A DNA stretch of 64,000 bases from Negaprion brevirostris (lineage: Eukaryota), in NCBI GenBank assembly GCA_030324005.1, contig JARDVH010000169.1:12818993-12882992 (forward strand), written 5' to 3'. The notes below the pieces were generated by a model. That model was given only the letters and a program-made list of their open reading frames with translations, had not been told where the DNA came from and made no database searches. Shown here piece after piece: positions 1 through 13,575 of this stretch; position 1 is the stretch's first letter, and each line of letters starts with the position of its first letter. The position numbers and the translations under genes are program-made.

Positions 1-78
1 CATTGCTTTTTAATTGGTCGGCGCAACATCGTGGGCCGAAGGGCCTGTTCTGCGCTGTAATGTTCTATGTTCTATCTA
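1..78 (+). mobile_element. CR1/HER1-type 3' tail fragment
   Basis: gggccgaagggcctgttctgcgctgtaatgttctatgttctat terminus with short tandem end repeats. Confidence 0.8.
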
Positions 79-424
79 TACATGATATACTGCAATAACT
101 TATCAATTTTAGTTTGGCAGCAGCAATCAGTCCTGTGCTATCTGCCAATAGAAACATAAGAACAGAAACATTGTGATATTGTGGCTCCTTAATCACTGCT
201 GGGTGAAAATCCTGGAACTTATCTAACATCATGTGTTATTGTCAGCTATTGGAGGTGGAGGCAACTGTGAACTGGGAGATGTTTTACTAAACTGGCTAGG
301 TAAAAGCGTATGATATGAAGAGCTAAAAAAAGGGAACTTGTTTGAGGCATGGCAGAAAGCCAACAAAACCTGTCACAAAAGCCTAAGAACTCAAAGACAG
401 TGGGGTCCTTGTAATAGTGTTCAA

Positions 425-680
425 AAGATAAGAAATAGAAGCAGGGGTGGGCCATTCAGCTCATTAAACATGCTTTCCCATTGAATAAGACTACGACTGA
501 TCTAATTGCGGTTTCAGCACCACTTTCTTGCTTGTCCTCCATAAACCTGGACTCCCTCATCAATCAGAAATATTCAGCCTTGAATATATTCAATGACCAA
601 CCTTCTACTGCTTTCTACGGAAGAGAAGACTAACAATCTTCCAAGAGAAATTCCTTTTCATCTCCATTTTAAATGAGCTG
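425..680 (-). mobile_element. CR1 LINE 3' fragment
   Basis: Degenerate (a)taagaaatagaagcagg..ggccattcagc tail, followed by CR1 3' body. Confidence 0.7.
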
Positions 681-1783
681 CATTTTACTTGGGATGGACT
701 GCTTGTCCCCGAGAAGGAATGTTGGCCAGAGCCCACCATGACAAAAACAAACTAACCCCACAACCAGAGCACGCTGTGGGTGGCCGACATTGGTTGAGTG
801 GGATTTCCGCCCTTCAGTAAAAGTCTGGCCCTCAGTAGCTGATGGTTAATCTGATTGACTGATAGCTCAAGCAGTGCCAAAAGTCAGTGATAAGCACTGC
901 TGGAACTGCAGGAAGGACAACAAAAATGATCATGGCTTTCCCAGAATGGTGACTTCTGGGGTTTCAGGGCAGGGAGGTATTCTGGAATGCAGGGAGGGCT
1001 GGGTTTTGGAGGCTGTGTGGTGCAGAAGCCATCTTAAAGGGGCTGTCCTCAATGTGCAGAGAGGATCCCTTGAATGAAGTTCCCCCCTTATCTTCCCAAT
1101 CTTATTCACATAGGCCATAAAGAAAAGGGTTTGCCCATTTCAGTCCACCTGTCTATGCCAGCCTCATTGTTACTTGGACAGCATATTATCCAGGTCAATA
1201 GGCTTGCTAACAAGCCTAATTGGGCTTTTATTATTTAGTTACATATGGTAGAAGGGCTACCAATTTAAGCACCCACCCACCTTATTATGGCGCAATCAGC
1301 TCAAGGTCACGCCATAAANNNNNNNNNNNNNNNNNNNNNNNNNNNNNNNNNNNTCATTAAACTGAGTTCCCTAGTTCTACATTCCCCAGTGAGAGGGGGT
1401 ATCCACTGACCACTCAGAATCTTAGATGTTAAAATAAGATCGTGTCTCTTTGTTCTGAACTCCAATGAGTGTAGGCCCAACCTGCTCAGCACTTCCTCTT
1501 GTGACAATCTCTCTTCCTCATGTTCTTTTACTGTGTAACTACACATGCTTTCATTCAATAAATTTTCAACAAAATAGTGAAACCCATTGCTGAATTAAGC
1601 AGAAACCAAGACAGCCACGTGAAAATGGGCACAATGCATTCAAGTGAAGACATACATTCAAGTGTTTACATGACCACAAGTACTGGAAGTAACTTCTGAC
1701 CCTGGATTTGAGGCTGAATCAGAGCGCTCAAACCATTAGTATTAGTTCCTTCCTTTGCTGGTTCCGTGGTATCCCGGAATTCA

Positions 1784-2026
<243 letters not shown>

Positions 2027-2907
2027 CTAGGAAAAAGAGATCTCTATTAATGACAAACAGACAAGTTCATTCAGGTGTGTAAAAATTAATCACAGAAGAA
2101 TTAAATGCCAGCACGTCTGTGCCAGACCTGAGCTTTACTCCTTGAAAATGTAAGGGGCTGGTTATTTCACTTTTATTGTACCCTATACATATTTTTAAAA
2201 ATAGATACGCGTAAGCAAGGGTAGCTGCCCTATGTTTCCCTCCTGATTGCCCCATTCTATCCACGTGACTGCTAAGACCTTTGATCAAGTGTTGCTTCCA
2301 CTAACAGGAGGGCTGGTAAGCAGAGGACACACATTCANNNNNNNNNNNNNNNNNNNNNNNNNNNNNNNNNNNNNNNNNNNNNNNNNNNNNNNNNNNNNNN
2401 NNNNNNNNNNNNNNNNNNNNNNNNNNNNNNNNNNNNNNNNNNNNNNNNNNNNNNNNNNNNNNNNNNNNNNNNNNNNNNNNNNNNNNNNNNNNNNNNNNNN
2501 NNNNNNNNNNNNNNNNNNNNNNNNNNNNNNNNNNNNNNNNNNNNNNNNNNNNNNNNNNNNNNNNNNNNNNNNNNNNNNNNNNNNNNNNNNNNNNNNNNNN
2601 NNNNNNNNNNNNNNNNNNNNNNNNNNNNNNNNNNNNNNNNNNNNNNNNNNNNNNNNNNNNNNNNNNNNNNNNNNNNNNNNNNNNNNNNNNNNNNNNNNNN
2701 NNNNNNNNNNNNNNNNNNNNNNNNNNNNNNNNNNNNNNNNNNNNNNNNNNNNNNNNNNNNNNNNNNNNNNNNNNNNNNNNNNNNNNNNNNNNNNNNNNNN
2801 NNNNNNNNNNNNNNNNNNNNNNNNNNNNNNNNNNNNNNNNNNNNNNNNNNNNNNNNNNNNNNNNNNNNNNNNNNNNNNNNNNNNNNNNNNNNNNNNNNNN
2901 NNNNNNN

Positions 2908-3065
2908 GCTAAAATTGCCCCTTAGTGTCCTGAGATGCGTAGGTTAGAGGGATTAGCGGGTAAATATGTAGGGATATGGGGGTAGGGCCTAGACGGGATT
3001 GTTGTAGGTGCAGACTTGATGGGCCAAAAGGCCTCTTTCTTCATTGTAGGGTTTCTATGATTCTA
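2908..3065 (+). mobile_element. HE1-type SINE 3' half (5' part in gap)
   Basis: gctaaaattgccccttagtgtcc...gatgggccaaaaggcctc...tttctatgattcta. Confidence 0.85.
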
Positions 3066-3119
3066 ACCCGGGTCCCTGTCGTTGTGATGCAGTAGTACTA
3101 ACCACTGTGCCACCATGCC
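3066..3119 (-). mobile_element. HE1 SINE tRNA-derived head fragment
   Basis: Reverse complement reads ggcatggtggcacagtggttagtact...gggacccgggt (A box and start of B box). Confidence 0.8.
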
Positions 3120-4149
3120 AAATACTTAAAGATGAAAGATAGCAGGAGGTAAGGGGAAAGAGCAGAAGAGTGGGACTAACTGGATGACTCTTTTAAAGGA
3201 CTGGCACAGGCAAGATGGGCCAAATGGCCTCCTTTCATGCTTCAAATTTCTATAATTCTAAGCAACTGAAACTCGAGTAGGTGTTGAGAGAGAAAAATGC
3301 TTTACGGCTGCAAAGTCAGTTGTACCGATTGTAAAACAGGACAGCAACAGGATGGGTGCAGCTTGCAGTATTTCAGAGAGATAAACCTGCTAGCAATTCC
3401 TTATGATTTAACTCTTTACACTGCTAGGTATCCTTCATGGACTTCAGAATCCACTTCCTCCTGTCATATGGTATTATCGACAAAGCCAATTTGCTATTCA
3501 TTTCCAAAGATGAACATAGTTAAATTGGAGAGACACATGGAGCTGTACTCCTGTTAATTGACAGTGCCTTTTCAGACAGACTGAAAATTTCTAAAATGAG
3601 ACAGAATTACCAACACAGCTACCACAGGGTTAATCCGATCACATAAAAGCCAATAGCAGCATTCACATAAAATGGCCCGGGCAGGATCAGGTTTATCAGC
3701 TTGTTGTCCTAATGAAAATAATGAAAGTTCTTCATTCTGAAATTAATTAGCACTTGTAAACTTCAATTGTCAGAAAGATAACAGTCCAGGTCTTCTGCGC
3801 TTGAGACAGGAGCTGTTCCAATCTGGACAGTGTTGTGGAAATGAAACATATACGAGAATGGCTGAGCTCAAACTGGAATACCTTCAGGTATTTAAGCATT
3901 GGGAGTTTTGCAAAAGCGGGTTAAATACAAGTTTCGGCTCCAGGCTGGTGTGAAATTCATTACAGGGAGTGAGCAATAGCACAGACAAAACTTCTCCTTC
4001 TCCAGCTCTTGCAGCCTATCATCCATGTTCTACATCACTGGGGACTTGGAGCTGGTTGCATGGATTTGATGCACCAAAAACTGTCTTCCTGACCACACTT
4101 CAGCTAGCATTGAATTTGGGAAGATAATCATTTCTTTCATTATGTAAGG

Positions 4150-4610
4150 ACATAGGAACAGAGGACTTAGAAGCCATTCAGTCCTTTGAACCTGCTCTGC
4201 CATTCAATGAGATTATGGCTGATCTCACATGTCCTATCAGTACCTCCAAAATCCTCAACTCCCTTCTCCATCAAAAATGCTAACTCTCTCTTAAATAAAT
4301 TCAACGACCCAGCCTCCACTGCTTTCTGCAGAAGAGAATTCCAGATAAAAAAATTACTCTCAGAGAAAATAACTCTCCTCTATCTTAAACAGGAGACCTC
4401 TTATTCCTACAATATGTCCCCTAGTTCTAGTCTCTCCAAAACAAGGAAACCACCTCCTGGTACCCATTCTATCAAATTCTCTTAGGATTTAATCTGTTTT
4501 AGTAAGATCACATCTCATTCTTCTAACCTCTGATGATTGTCGGCCCAATCTGTTTAACCTTTCTTCCTATAATAAACTCCTTATCTCGAGAATGAGTTAA
4601 GGGATCATTC
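4150..4610 (-). mobile_element. CR1 LINE 3' fragment
   Basis: acataggaacagagg..gccattcagtcc..cctgctctgccattcaatgaga tail plus body, homologous to the fragment at 30895-31135. Confidence 0.75.
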
Positions 4611-5139
4611 AACCTATATAGAGCCATAGGTATTGTTGGATGTGAGCTAAAAGAAAAGTGGTAGAGCATGAAGAAAAGGGGGCATGTCCGCTCTCGGTCT
4701 GACTCCAAAAATCTAAGTAGGCTAAAATAACTGTGGGATTTCATCCTTACAAAAAGGATTTTCAATATGTTGCCTAATTTGAGACACTATTATTTTGGGA
4801 TGCCAGCTTCTAGCACTCTGAGCCAACTCTCTGTTAGCCTGGCTGATTACAGCGCAAGCAGAGGTCAACCAAAGGCAAGGTTCTCTCACCATCAACCTAT
4901 ACGTTCTTTGATTCTATTATCTTGTTATTCAACCCTTGTTCCATTGAGTTACTGAGAAAAATACTTTAAACTGGAATAGTTATACAACAATGGTAATAGC
5001 AGGGAGCAGCAAAATGTCAGAAAGCCTTGGACTCAGAGCTTTCCAACCTAGGCTGGCTAAAGGAATATGTAGTGGTATGCAGGCAACAGAACTGTAAGTG
5101 CAAATTATGTTTTGGCTCTCTTTGATTTGTTTTTTAAAA

Positions 5140-5466
5140 GCGTATTTGACAGGGTAGATACCGAGAAGCTGTTTCTTGTCAAACCAGGGGTCAAATTCTC
5201 AGGATAAGGGGTGGGCAATTAAAGACTGAGATTAGGAAAAACATCTTCAAAGGATTGTGAATCTTTGGTCTTCTCTATCCCAGAGGGCTGTGAATACTCA
5301 GTTGTCGAATATATTCATGATGGAGATTGATGGAGTTTTGGACAGCAATAGAATAGAGACATAATGATAGGATGGGAAAGTGGATTTGAGATAGAAAATC
5401 AGCCCTGATTGTACTAAGGGAGAACCAGGCTTGAGGGGCCACCTTGCTTATTCCTGGTCCTATTTC
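5140..5466 (+). mobile_element. CR1 LINE 3' fragment
   Basis: gacagggtagat..aggataaggggt..aagactgagattagg..gattgtgaatctttgg..cttattcctggtcctatttc. Confidence 0.75.
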
Positions 5467-5678
5467 AGGGAGCAGTCACTCCGTTTCTTAGCAGTCATAG
5501 TGTTTTAATTTAAACGTAGCTTAACTTAGATAGCATGAATGTGCAACATATTTATTAAAGTGTAACTTCCTTTTTGCAAAATTGCCTATTATGTGGCACT
5601 TGTATTGAATTTGCCTGGTAACCTACGAATAAAGTAACCTGTCCTGATCATACTCTTTCCTATTGCGCCCAATAATCA

Positions 5679-5785
5679 GCGCCATAATTCTACCGCCCTC
5701 CCTGCCACGGAATCGGAGCGGGCGAGGGGTGGACAACGGAAATGTCTGTTGACCTCGGGCGGAAATTTCCGCTCTCGCTCAAGTG
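5679..5785. mobile_element. Short non-autonomous DNA-transposon (MITE)-like fragment; related copy at 36130-36246
   Basis: Shared GC-rich motifs between the two copies: gcca.aatt.tac.gcc, atcgg.gc.ggcga and ggcgg.a.tt. Confidence 0.55.
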
Positions 5786-6910
5786 ACAGAACACTAACGC
5801 TTAGACACACTGGTGTTCGGAACAAAAAAGTTCACCGACCACTTCAGTTCATTCCCTGAAGTCCTTTTAATTCAATTGATTGACCAATCTCTAGGAGGAA
5901 AGCCTCCAAAACTCTGACGAACAGAGAGAGACAAGCAAATTCCACATTCATTCCCTTACCTGGGTTAAGTCAGGCAGCAGCGGGTGAAATACAAATTTAT
6001 AGTTGCGTCTCTGGGCCAAGGAGGGAAAAAGAGTGACCTATTTCAGTTAAAATGGTTAATCCCTCCACTAAAAGAGCAGGCGAAAGAATGCCATATGAGC
6101 GCACTGGCCATTTTCCCCATTGACAATACCAACAGTCATTTCTGGCCTGATTTTTACTCACAAAGTACATGTGGAGGCAACATGATCAGGGTTGTAACAG
6201 TCCCCTGATCAAACAGCCCACTGATATTCATTGTCCAAACTCAGTGACATAACCATCTATGTCAGTTACTGCAATTGCAGAATGATCCACTGAATGCAGC
6301 CCAACAAACCATTGCCTTTGGAGAGAGAGAAGGGGAGAGAAAGAAAATCACAAGCATTTTGAATGACAAGCAATTGTGATAACAAAAGTCCACAGATTAA
6401 TACAAATAAAGAACAGAATTGCGACCCTATTCACTACAAAGCTATAATTTCCTTCTTACTTTGTCCTATTTGGCAAACTGTAATCAAAAAATCATTTTTA
6501 AAACAATTTGTGATAGATTACATGTTATACAATGAATAAAAGATCAGTGCTCAAAGGGACAGCAGAAATCCAATAAGGTGATTAATGGTTGGATATCAAC
6601 AATACCACAGCAGGGAACAGATTGCTACCATAGTTCAGCTCATGGCACCCATGCCATTCTGTTTATATCAAACTATTTTCAGGCTACACTACCTTCAATG
6701 ATGCCACGCATCACCTGCATTTGTGGTAAGTTCCCCAATATTAATACTTTTGTTTTGACAGTTTGAATAAACTATTTGTCTTTTTAAAATTATTATTCAC
6801 TTGTCCCTCTAGTGACATTCATGACGATGCAACTTTGGTGCATCAGTGAATAGCCGATCACTGAACACTGCCAACAGCATTAGTAACATTTAAATCATCG
6901 ATCTACGATT

Positions 6911-7224
6911 CATAGAATTATAGAATCCCTTCAGAGCAAAAAGGGGCCAAGGAGCCTATTGAGTCTGTACTGACTCTCTGAAAAAGCATTTTACCCAGGC
7001 CCACCCCGCACCCTATCCCTGTAACTCGTAAGCCCCCTAACCTACACATTTGTGGGCACTAAGAGCAATTTAGCATGGTCTATCTATCTAACCTGCAAAT
7101 CTTTGGACCATGGGAGGAAATTGAGGAGAATGTGCAAACTCCACACTTCATTCAAGGCCGGAATTGAACCCAGGTCCCTTGTGAATGAGGCGGCAATGCT
7201 AATCATTGTGCCATCGTGCCACCC
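6911..7224 (-). mobile_element. HE1 (V-SINE) copy
   Basis: tRNA head with A/B boxes, V-domain (ttcctcccatggtccaaag) and HER1-like tail ending ttctatga. Confidence 0.9.
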
Positions 7225-7754
7225 TTATGCATTGATACAATAGGTAAAGGCATTCTCTACTGCGCAATAGATATATATACATCAAGTTGGTCACAAGTAC
7301 AAATCTCTAGCCTACGGCAAGTTTGCAGATCTCGGTTATAATTGTGGTAAAGAGATAATTCCCTGTTTGTGTTTAGGAATGAGCTCATCTAGTGACACTC
7401 GACAACTGAAAACATGTGGATGTTAAATGGGAAGAGGACTGAATGATTCTCTTTAAATCTGAATGTATCTCCAATGCTAGCTAATGAATAGGCACTTGGA
7501 TGCAGTGCTAAAGAACTCCACATGGCCATCAAGCTGTGCCACAATGCAAGCCAATAATTCAGAGAGAAAGATATTGATATACAAATGAAAACTCGACACA
7601 TATGATAGCACAATGGAGCCTTCTGGGAGGTTTGTAGATCACTTCAGGTGTGTCTGACGTACCAGGACCTCCACTACACCAACTCCAAATACCCCTGACT
7701 GCCCACCCCGAGCCCCTGACTGACAGCAGATTCCAGGCAGCCTGCCTCTGACTT

Positions 7755-8132
7755 TCTTTTTCATTCATGGGATGTGGGTATCGCTGGCTGGCCAGCATTT
7801 ATTGCCTGTCCCTAGTTGCCCTTGAAACTGAGTGGCTTACTCAGTCATTTCAGAGCACAGTTAAGAGTTAATAACATTGCTGCGGCTCTGGAGTCACCTG
7901 TTGGCCAGACCAGGCAAGATTTCCTTCCCTAAAGGACAGTAGTGAACCAGATGGGTTTTTCTGACAATCGACAATGGTTTCATAGTCATTAGTAGATTCT
8001 TAATCCAGATTTTTTTTTATTGAAATCAAATTCCATCACCTGCTGTGGTGGGATTCGAACCCAGGTCCCCAGAATATTAGCTGAGTTTCTGACTAATAGT
8101 CTAGCGATAATACTACTAGGCCATCGCCTACC
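7755..8132 (-). mobile_element. Second tRNA-derived SINE family, full-length copy (homologous to 24700-25040)
   Basis: Minus-strand head ggcgatggcctagtagtattatcgctag..gggacctgggttcgaatccc; tail ..cacatcccatgaatgaaaaag. Confidence 0.85.
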
Positions 8133-9757
8133 CAGACTGACCACTGATGCCCTGCAGCAGCCTGTCCTTGTGGGAATGCTCCATGATCACCATCCTCAAC
8201 AGTGCTGATTTTTTCCCAGCATTTTCTGCATGGAAATTTCAAGTCAGCTTAAAAAAAGAATCAGACAATTGCCTACGATAGACNNNNNNNNNNNNNNNNN
8301 NNNNNNNNNNNNNNNNNNNNNNNNNNNNNNNNNNNNNNNNNNNNNNNNNNNNNNNNNNNNNNNNNNNNNNNNNNNNNNNNNNNNNNNNNNNNNNNNNNNN
8401 NNNNNNNNNNNNNNNNNNNNNNNNNNNNNNNNNNNNNNNNNNNNNNNNNNNNNNNNNNNNNNNNNNNNNNNNNNNNNNNNNNNNNNNNNNNNNNNNNNNN
8501 NNNNNNNNNNNNNNNNNNNNNNNNNNNNNNNNNNNNNNNNNNNNNNNNNNNNNNNNNNNNNNNNNNNNNNNNNNNNNNNNNNNNNNNNNNNNNNNNNNNN
8601 NNNNNNNNNNNNNNNNNNNNNNNNNNNNNNNNAACTACCTTCATTGCTGCAAAAAAAAAGTAAAGACATGTGGGGATAGATAGACGGTGCCCTTTCTCAG
8701 TTTTCTCCTGCGCTGAAAATCATTCGACTGTTCCGGAATAAGGAGAAAGCCATAAGGGGCACTTGGAACAGAGAAGTACTGGAACGGAATGATAACATAA
8801 CTGCAAGAATTCATTATTCACAGATGAGAACACATCAGTGTTATAAAGTGTGTCACGGCTGACAGTGAGACAGAATAAAAATCTCCACTTGTGAGGCCGC
8901 TCAGAGCTCACTCGTGGTTTCACCACTTGCGAGATGGGTTCACACGTTGAGACATTTATCACATCACATGGCTGGCCAAGATCCTAGGTATCTGCTCAGA
9001 TATGCTAGGGGGTGAAAGTGCATCAGGTACATGACTACCCTGTGACTGTTGCTCTTTCTCCGCGTCGGGACTGCCTGTCAAACAGGCTCTGAAGCTGGTC
9101 TCTGTGAAGAAATCAAATCTCCAGCAGAGACTGTGCAGGTTAGCATGTATTCAAAGCAGGACTGCCACATTACTGCAAATCAGCACAGTGATTTTACAAA
9201 TGAGAAGTGGCATTTATGCAATCAATGAATGCAGCATCATTTTGAGGACTGGCTGCTGATAGACAACCAGGCATCTAAATGCAGAAATACACACCTCTGA
9301 TTGTTGGCCTGATTGCAATTAAATAGAAAATATGCAGTTCTAATTCTATTTGCATGGTTGAAATATTTCAGGGGCTGTCTATAACTAGCTGAACCCTATT
9401 AATATCAGGCTAAATGACCCATGCCCATGTTGTTTCAGTGCCTCAAACTGAGCACGGTCAGCGTCGTTTGCAAGACGTGAACTTGTTGCCAAATGAAGCA
9501 GAGTCTGATTCATCACACTGATAAGTCAGTTAAAATCAGCAAACAATAGGTTTGATCAGGTGACAGTGGATCTTAATGAGGGTCAGGGCTGTTGGTGGCA
9601 GTTTATAAAACAGCATGTCACTTTTGCTCTTTGAAGACATTGAAAAGCACAGTGTATATGGTTGTCAGATCCCACTAAATGAAATGTCGGTTACAAGTAA
9701 TTGAAGAGTCATGTCACCTTGCACCATCCAAGGTCACTGCCAGTTTGTGATACCCAC

Positions 9758-9831
9758 CAGAATGACCTTCTCCATTTCTTTGGCTGGACACCAGTGAAAC
9801 ATCCCAGGGGAATCATATTTCTTCACGCTGG
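9758..9831 (-). CDS. KCNMA1: KCNMA1 exon, 3' part only (5' part inside N gap 9832-9993): ...[24 protein letters not shown]
   Basis: Donor CTG|gtgggta (phase 0). Matches Slo1 [24 protein letters not shown]. The acceptor is not visible. Confidence 0.95.
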
Positions 9832-12800
9832 NNNNNNNNNNNNNNNNNNNNNNNNNNNNNNNNNNNNNNNNNNNNNNNNNNNNNNNNNNNNNNNNNNNNN
9901 NNNNNNNNNNNNNNNNNNNNNNNNNNNNNNNNNNNNNNNNNNNNNNNNNNNNNNNNNNNNNNNNNNNNNNNNNNNNNNNNNNNNNNNNNNNNNCGAGTGG
10001 TTTAATTTACAAGCAATCGCATTACTGCAGTACTTACGCTAGCCAGCCACACCCTCCCTGCCACCCACCCCGCTCCCCCCGAAAAAAAAACCTGATCAAA
10101 AGGCAGACATTAACTGCTGCAATGAGGTGAAATAGATAGAGACAGAGCTTCACGCTGGCTGAGTGGCATGAAGATGAAAAGCCAATTACAGGCTTTTACC
10201 GCATACAACTTCCGATGCTGTTCTCTGTGCAATAAAAGCTTTAACAGGGTACACTTGATATATTTTAGCAATTTTACCCCCATCATATTTTGCTTTTTTG
10301 AAAACTGGAAGCCATTAAAGTTTCAGAGGATGTCAGCTCGGAGCAGATTGATTAATTTACATCTACATTGCGAGCAGATGATTTTTCTCCAGAAGAACAC
10401 TGAGTATAAAAGTGGTCCTCAGCAGCTGCCACCTGGCCATCAACGCCTGCACTTCTAACATTTCACTGCATTCTGCACATCCATCATTCACTAGCAGCTG
10501 TCATCCCAAGTCTCTGTCTTGAATAGTCAGCAATAGAGCTTTAAAAACCCCTTTTCATTCTGACCTTAGCTGAAACTCTACCAGAATTCCCATTACTTCA
10601 AATTCCATCTCTTAAGGGGTAATTACACCTGCGACATACCTTTCTTCAAACTACATCAGTTGCACTTAAGACAAAATTTTCAATGCACATGGCAACCCTG
10701 CTCAGACACCTGAAATGAGATTATTTTCAATTCTAAAGCTGTAAATTTTATAAGTCAGCTGCTATGCTTATTAATAAATGAAACACTGGACAAAGGCTAG
10801 AGTATATATTTGCACGTGTGCAAGTGGACTTCAACAATTCTGTCTCTCAAATGTGTAGTGAAGATTCAATAAATGCAAAAAGGGCTAGCTGTTTAACCCT
10901 TTCACCTGGAGAGGTTCACATTGTGAGTCCTTTATTGACCCTGGAGTTGTGTGTAATGTACTGTTTGTACCGCAGACCTCTCTTGTGTAATGCAGTGTTC
11001 AGTGCTGATAGCTCCCCAGTGTAATGTGATGCTTCATATAGTCTGAGGTGAGCACTGTAGACATTCGAGAACATTTACTACATGGGATTAATTAGACAGC
11101 GGGTAAAAGTACCTTTGCAGAAGTACAGGGTTGAGACTGTCCGTTCATCATAGCTTCAATGGGTTAAAAGCGAAAGCTTGGAGTTAAATTTCAGTTGCTC
11201 TGTGTGGATTTAAATTAACCTGCTTTGAAAGTGCAACTTACTCATTAAAAAAAAAGCTTTATTCTGGCTCTGTTTAATTTTTGTACATTTTTGATGTGTT
11301 TTTTAGTGTCCCTTAATATAAATAGTGAATCACTAATGAATTTATCACTGAAAATAGTGTCCTGTAGCAAGGCAAGAATGTGTTGTCAAATCTGCTACAG
11401 GCAAGGGTCCGTTTGGAACACTGCATCCAACCATGCAGCTCAACGACGAGTAGAAATTGTGGGTAATGTACTATGAGTGCACACTAACCAAGCTGCCTCA
11501 CAAGCAACAGCCAGAAGCAAAACCACAATCCTATCCAGTAATGTTGCTGGGGATAGATTTCCTGCAGATCCGACAAAATATTGCTTCTCGCTTGGCATTT
11601 CAGTCATGCCTGCTCGAAACCTTGCACGTTTATTTAATTTCCCCCCTCGTTTTCTGCATTCCACACTCTCAGTCCTTCACAATCATCATGACAAAACATT
11701 TGTCTATTAAAATGTTCGTCGCCTAGATGCATGCAGTCAGTGCAGGTGCTAATAACTGCGAAACCATTTAGTGATTTTACACCATGGCTGAATATTTCAT
11801 GACGCTCTGTGTGTTTCACGATTTAGTCAATGGACCTCTGTCACTTCAATCTTTGCTGACTGCCTTGACTGGCGCAATAAAGCTCCGCCAAGATAGCTAT
11901 CTTTCACCAACTGTCACTCATTGCAGCCTGTCACTGGCAAACTCTTGTTGAACGCTACTACTCACAGGGAATAACTACGACATTTGTTACACCGTAATGC
12001 TCTGTTCTGATGGATTTGAACAAATGCGTTGTGATTAATAGACCCAACATTCACCAACTACAATTAGAAGCAAGTATCCGATGACCCTCTGAAATCCAAC
12101 AGAATGGTATTAATTTCATGTAAAGAATGTCAGACTGGCACTCGTTAGAACTTGTTATATTGAAGGCTCAAACAGTTCTGTGCTTGGCGTTCAAGCTGCG
12201 TTTAGCAATTCCAATGTGATGCTGACTAGACAGCACTAGCAGGGGATGACTATTCTTGCTCAGTCCCTCTCCACCAGGCAATGAAAGCAGGCTGCTCTTT
12301 GAAATTTTCCATTCCCATCATGCAAACTGACAAAGGCATGCTTTTCAAAACCCACTTCCAAACTGTTGATCATTACTTATTTACTAAGGCCTTGAGGCAT
12401 GTGTGCCTGCAAAAACCATATTTGATACAATACATACCAGCTTATTCACCCTTGTGCAATAAGCACCCCTTAGGCTGACTTAAACCGGCACTTAATATTG
12501 CCCANNNNNNNNNNNNNNNNNNNNNNNNNNNTGTAATATTTAAGGTATAATATTTCTGCAGGAAAAGGATTTCTGAAGGGTTCGGTGACTCTGTGTTCAG
12601 TAATTCTCTGTTTTGCTGTGGGCTATGAGTTAAAAAAACTGCACCAAGCATAGACGACCTGTCATTTCACTACCCAAGGGCCACTAATATAAAGGAGTAC
12701 CCTACAGCAGCAAAACTTCGGCACAGCTTTGAAGCGTACGAGAACAGCAGAACTTGCTCCCTAGAATTATTACTGCATGCAGATCAAAAGAGCCAATGCA

Positions 12801-13407
12801 TATTTTACATGGTAAACAGGGACCCTCTGCTCATCTGTGAAATGTTTGGAGTTTCTGTAAACCTGAAGCAATCTTCATGTAATATCGTTTCATATGCTAA
12901 GTGGATGAAGCTGTTTACTTGTCTAACATTGTACGCACTTTAATCCCTGACACAGGAGCCGCACAGTATCCATCACAGCCCTTCTTCTACCTTACCCCCA
13001 CCAATTATTAGCTTCTCCTTCTTTCCTCTAAGTCAAAATCAATTAATGCCAAATTAATACAAATGGACAAGATAAAAGGAATGTAGAAAATTTGGGTTCA
13101 TTTTTCATTGCGCCGCCATATCTCACATATGGCCTAAAGTACAGAAAACAGGACTCGAAGGGCTTCGCGCAAACGGTGAATAGCCTGAGGCAGAGTAACC
13201 GTATGAGTCTCTCTGATTGGTTACCGCTGTCATTAGTGCCATTGCTGTTTAAGAAGTACATGCGGACAGGCTGAGGTGACAGCTGAGACTTTAAAGGCTG
13301 CGTTTTCTCTAACAGCTTTTCCTACCCTCTTTCATGACAGAAATATTTCAACTCTATCATTAACTGCTGACAGGCTGACAGAATAAATACTTCAGCCTTT
13401 AAGGATT

Positions 13408-13451
13408 TCTCTCTTGCTCGCTCACTCGCGCTCTCGCTCTCTCTCTCTCTT
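13408..13451. repeat. Imperfect (CT)n microsatellite
   Basis: tctctcttgctcgctcactcgcgctctcgctctctctctctct. Confidence 0.7.
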
Positions 13452-13481
13452 TAGACACAAGAGTTCTTTAAGCTGTCTTAC

Positions 13482-13575
13482 CTCATCAGTTTGGGTGAAC
13501 TGTTGGGTGAATTTCGCATACCTCCATTTCGCTGCTTCTTTTTGGGTGACAGAGCTGATGGGTTTTCATCTTGAA
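13482..13575 (-). CDS. KCNMA1: KCNMA1 exon, 94 nt (phase 1 to 2): (L)[30 protein letters not shown](R)
   Basis: Acceptor ttccatatgtttgcag, donor AG|gtaaga. Matches Slo1 linker [32 protein letters not shown]. Confidence 0.98.
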
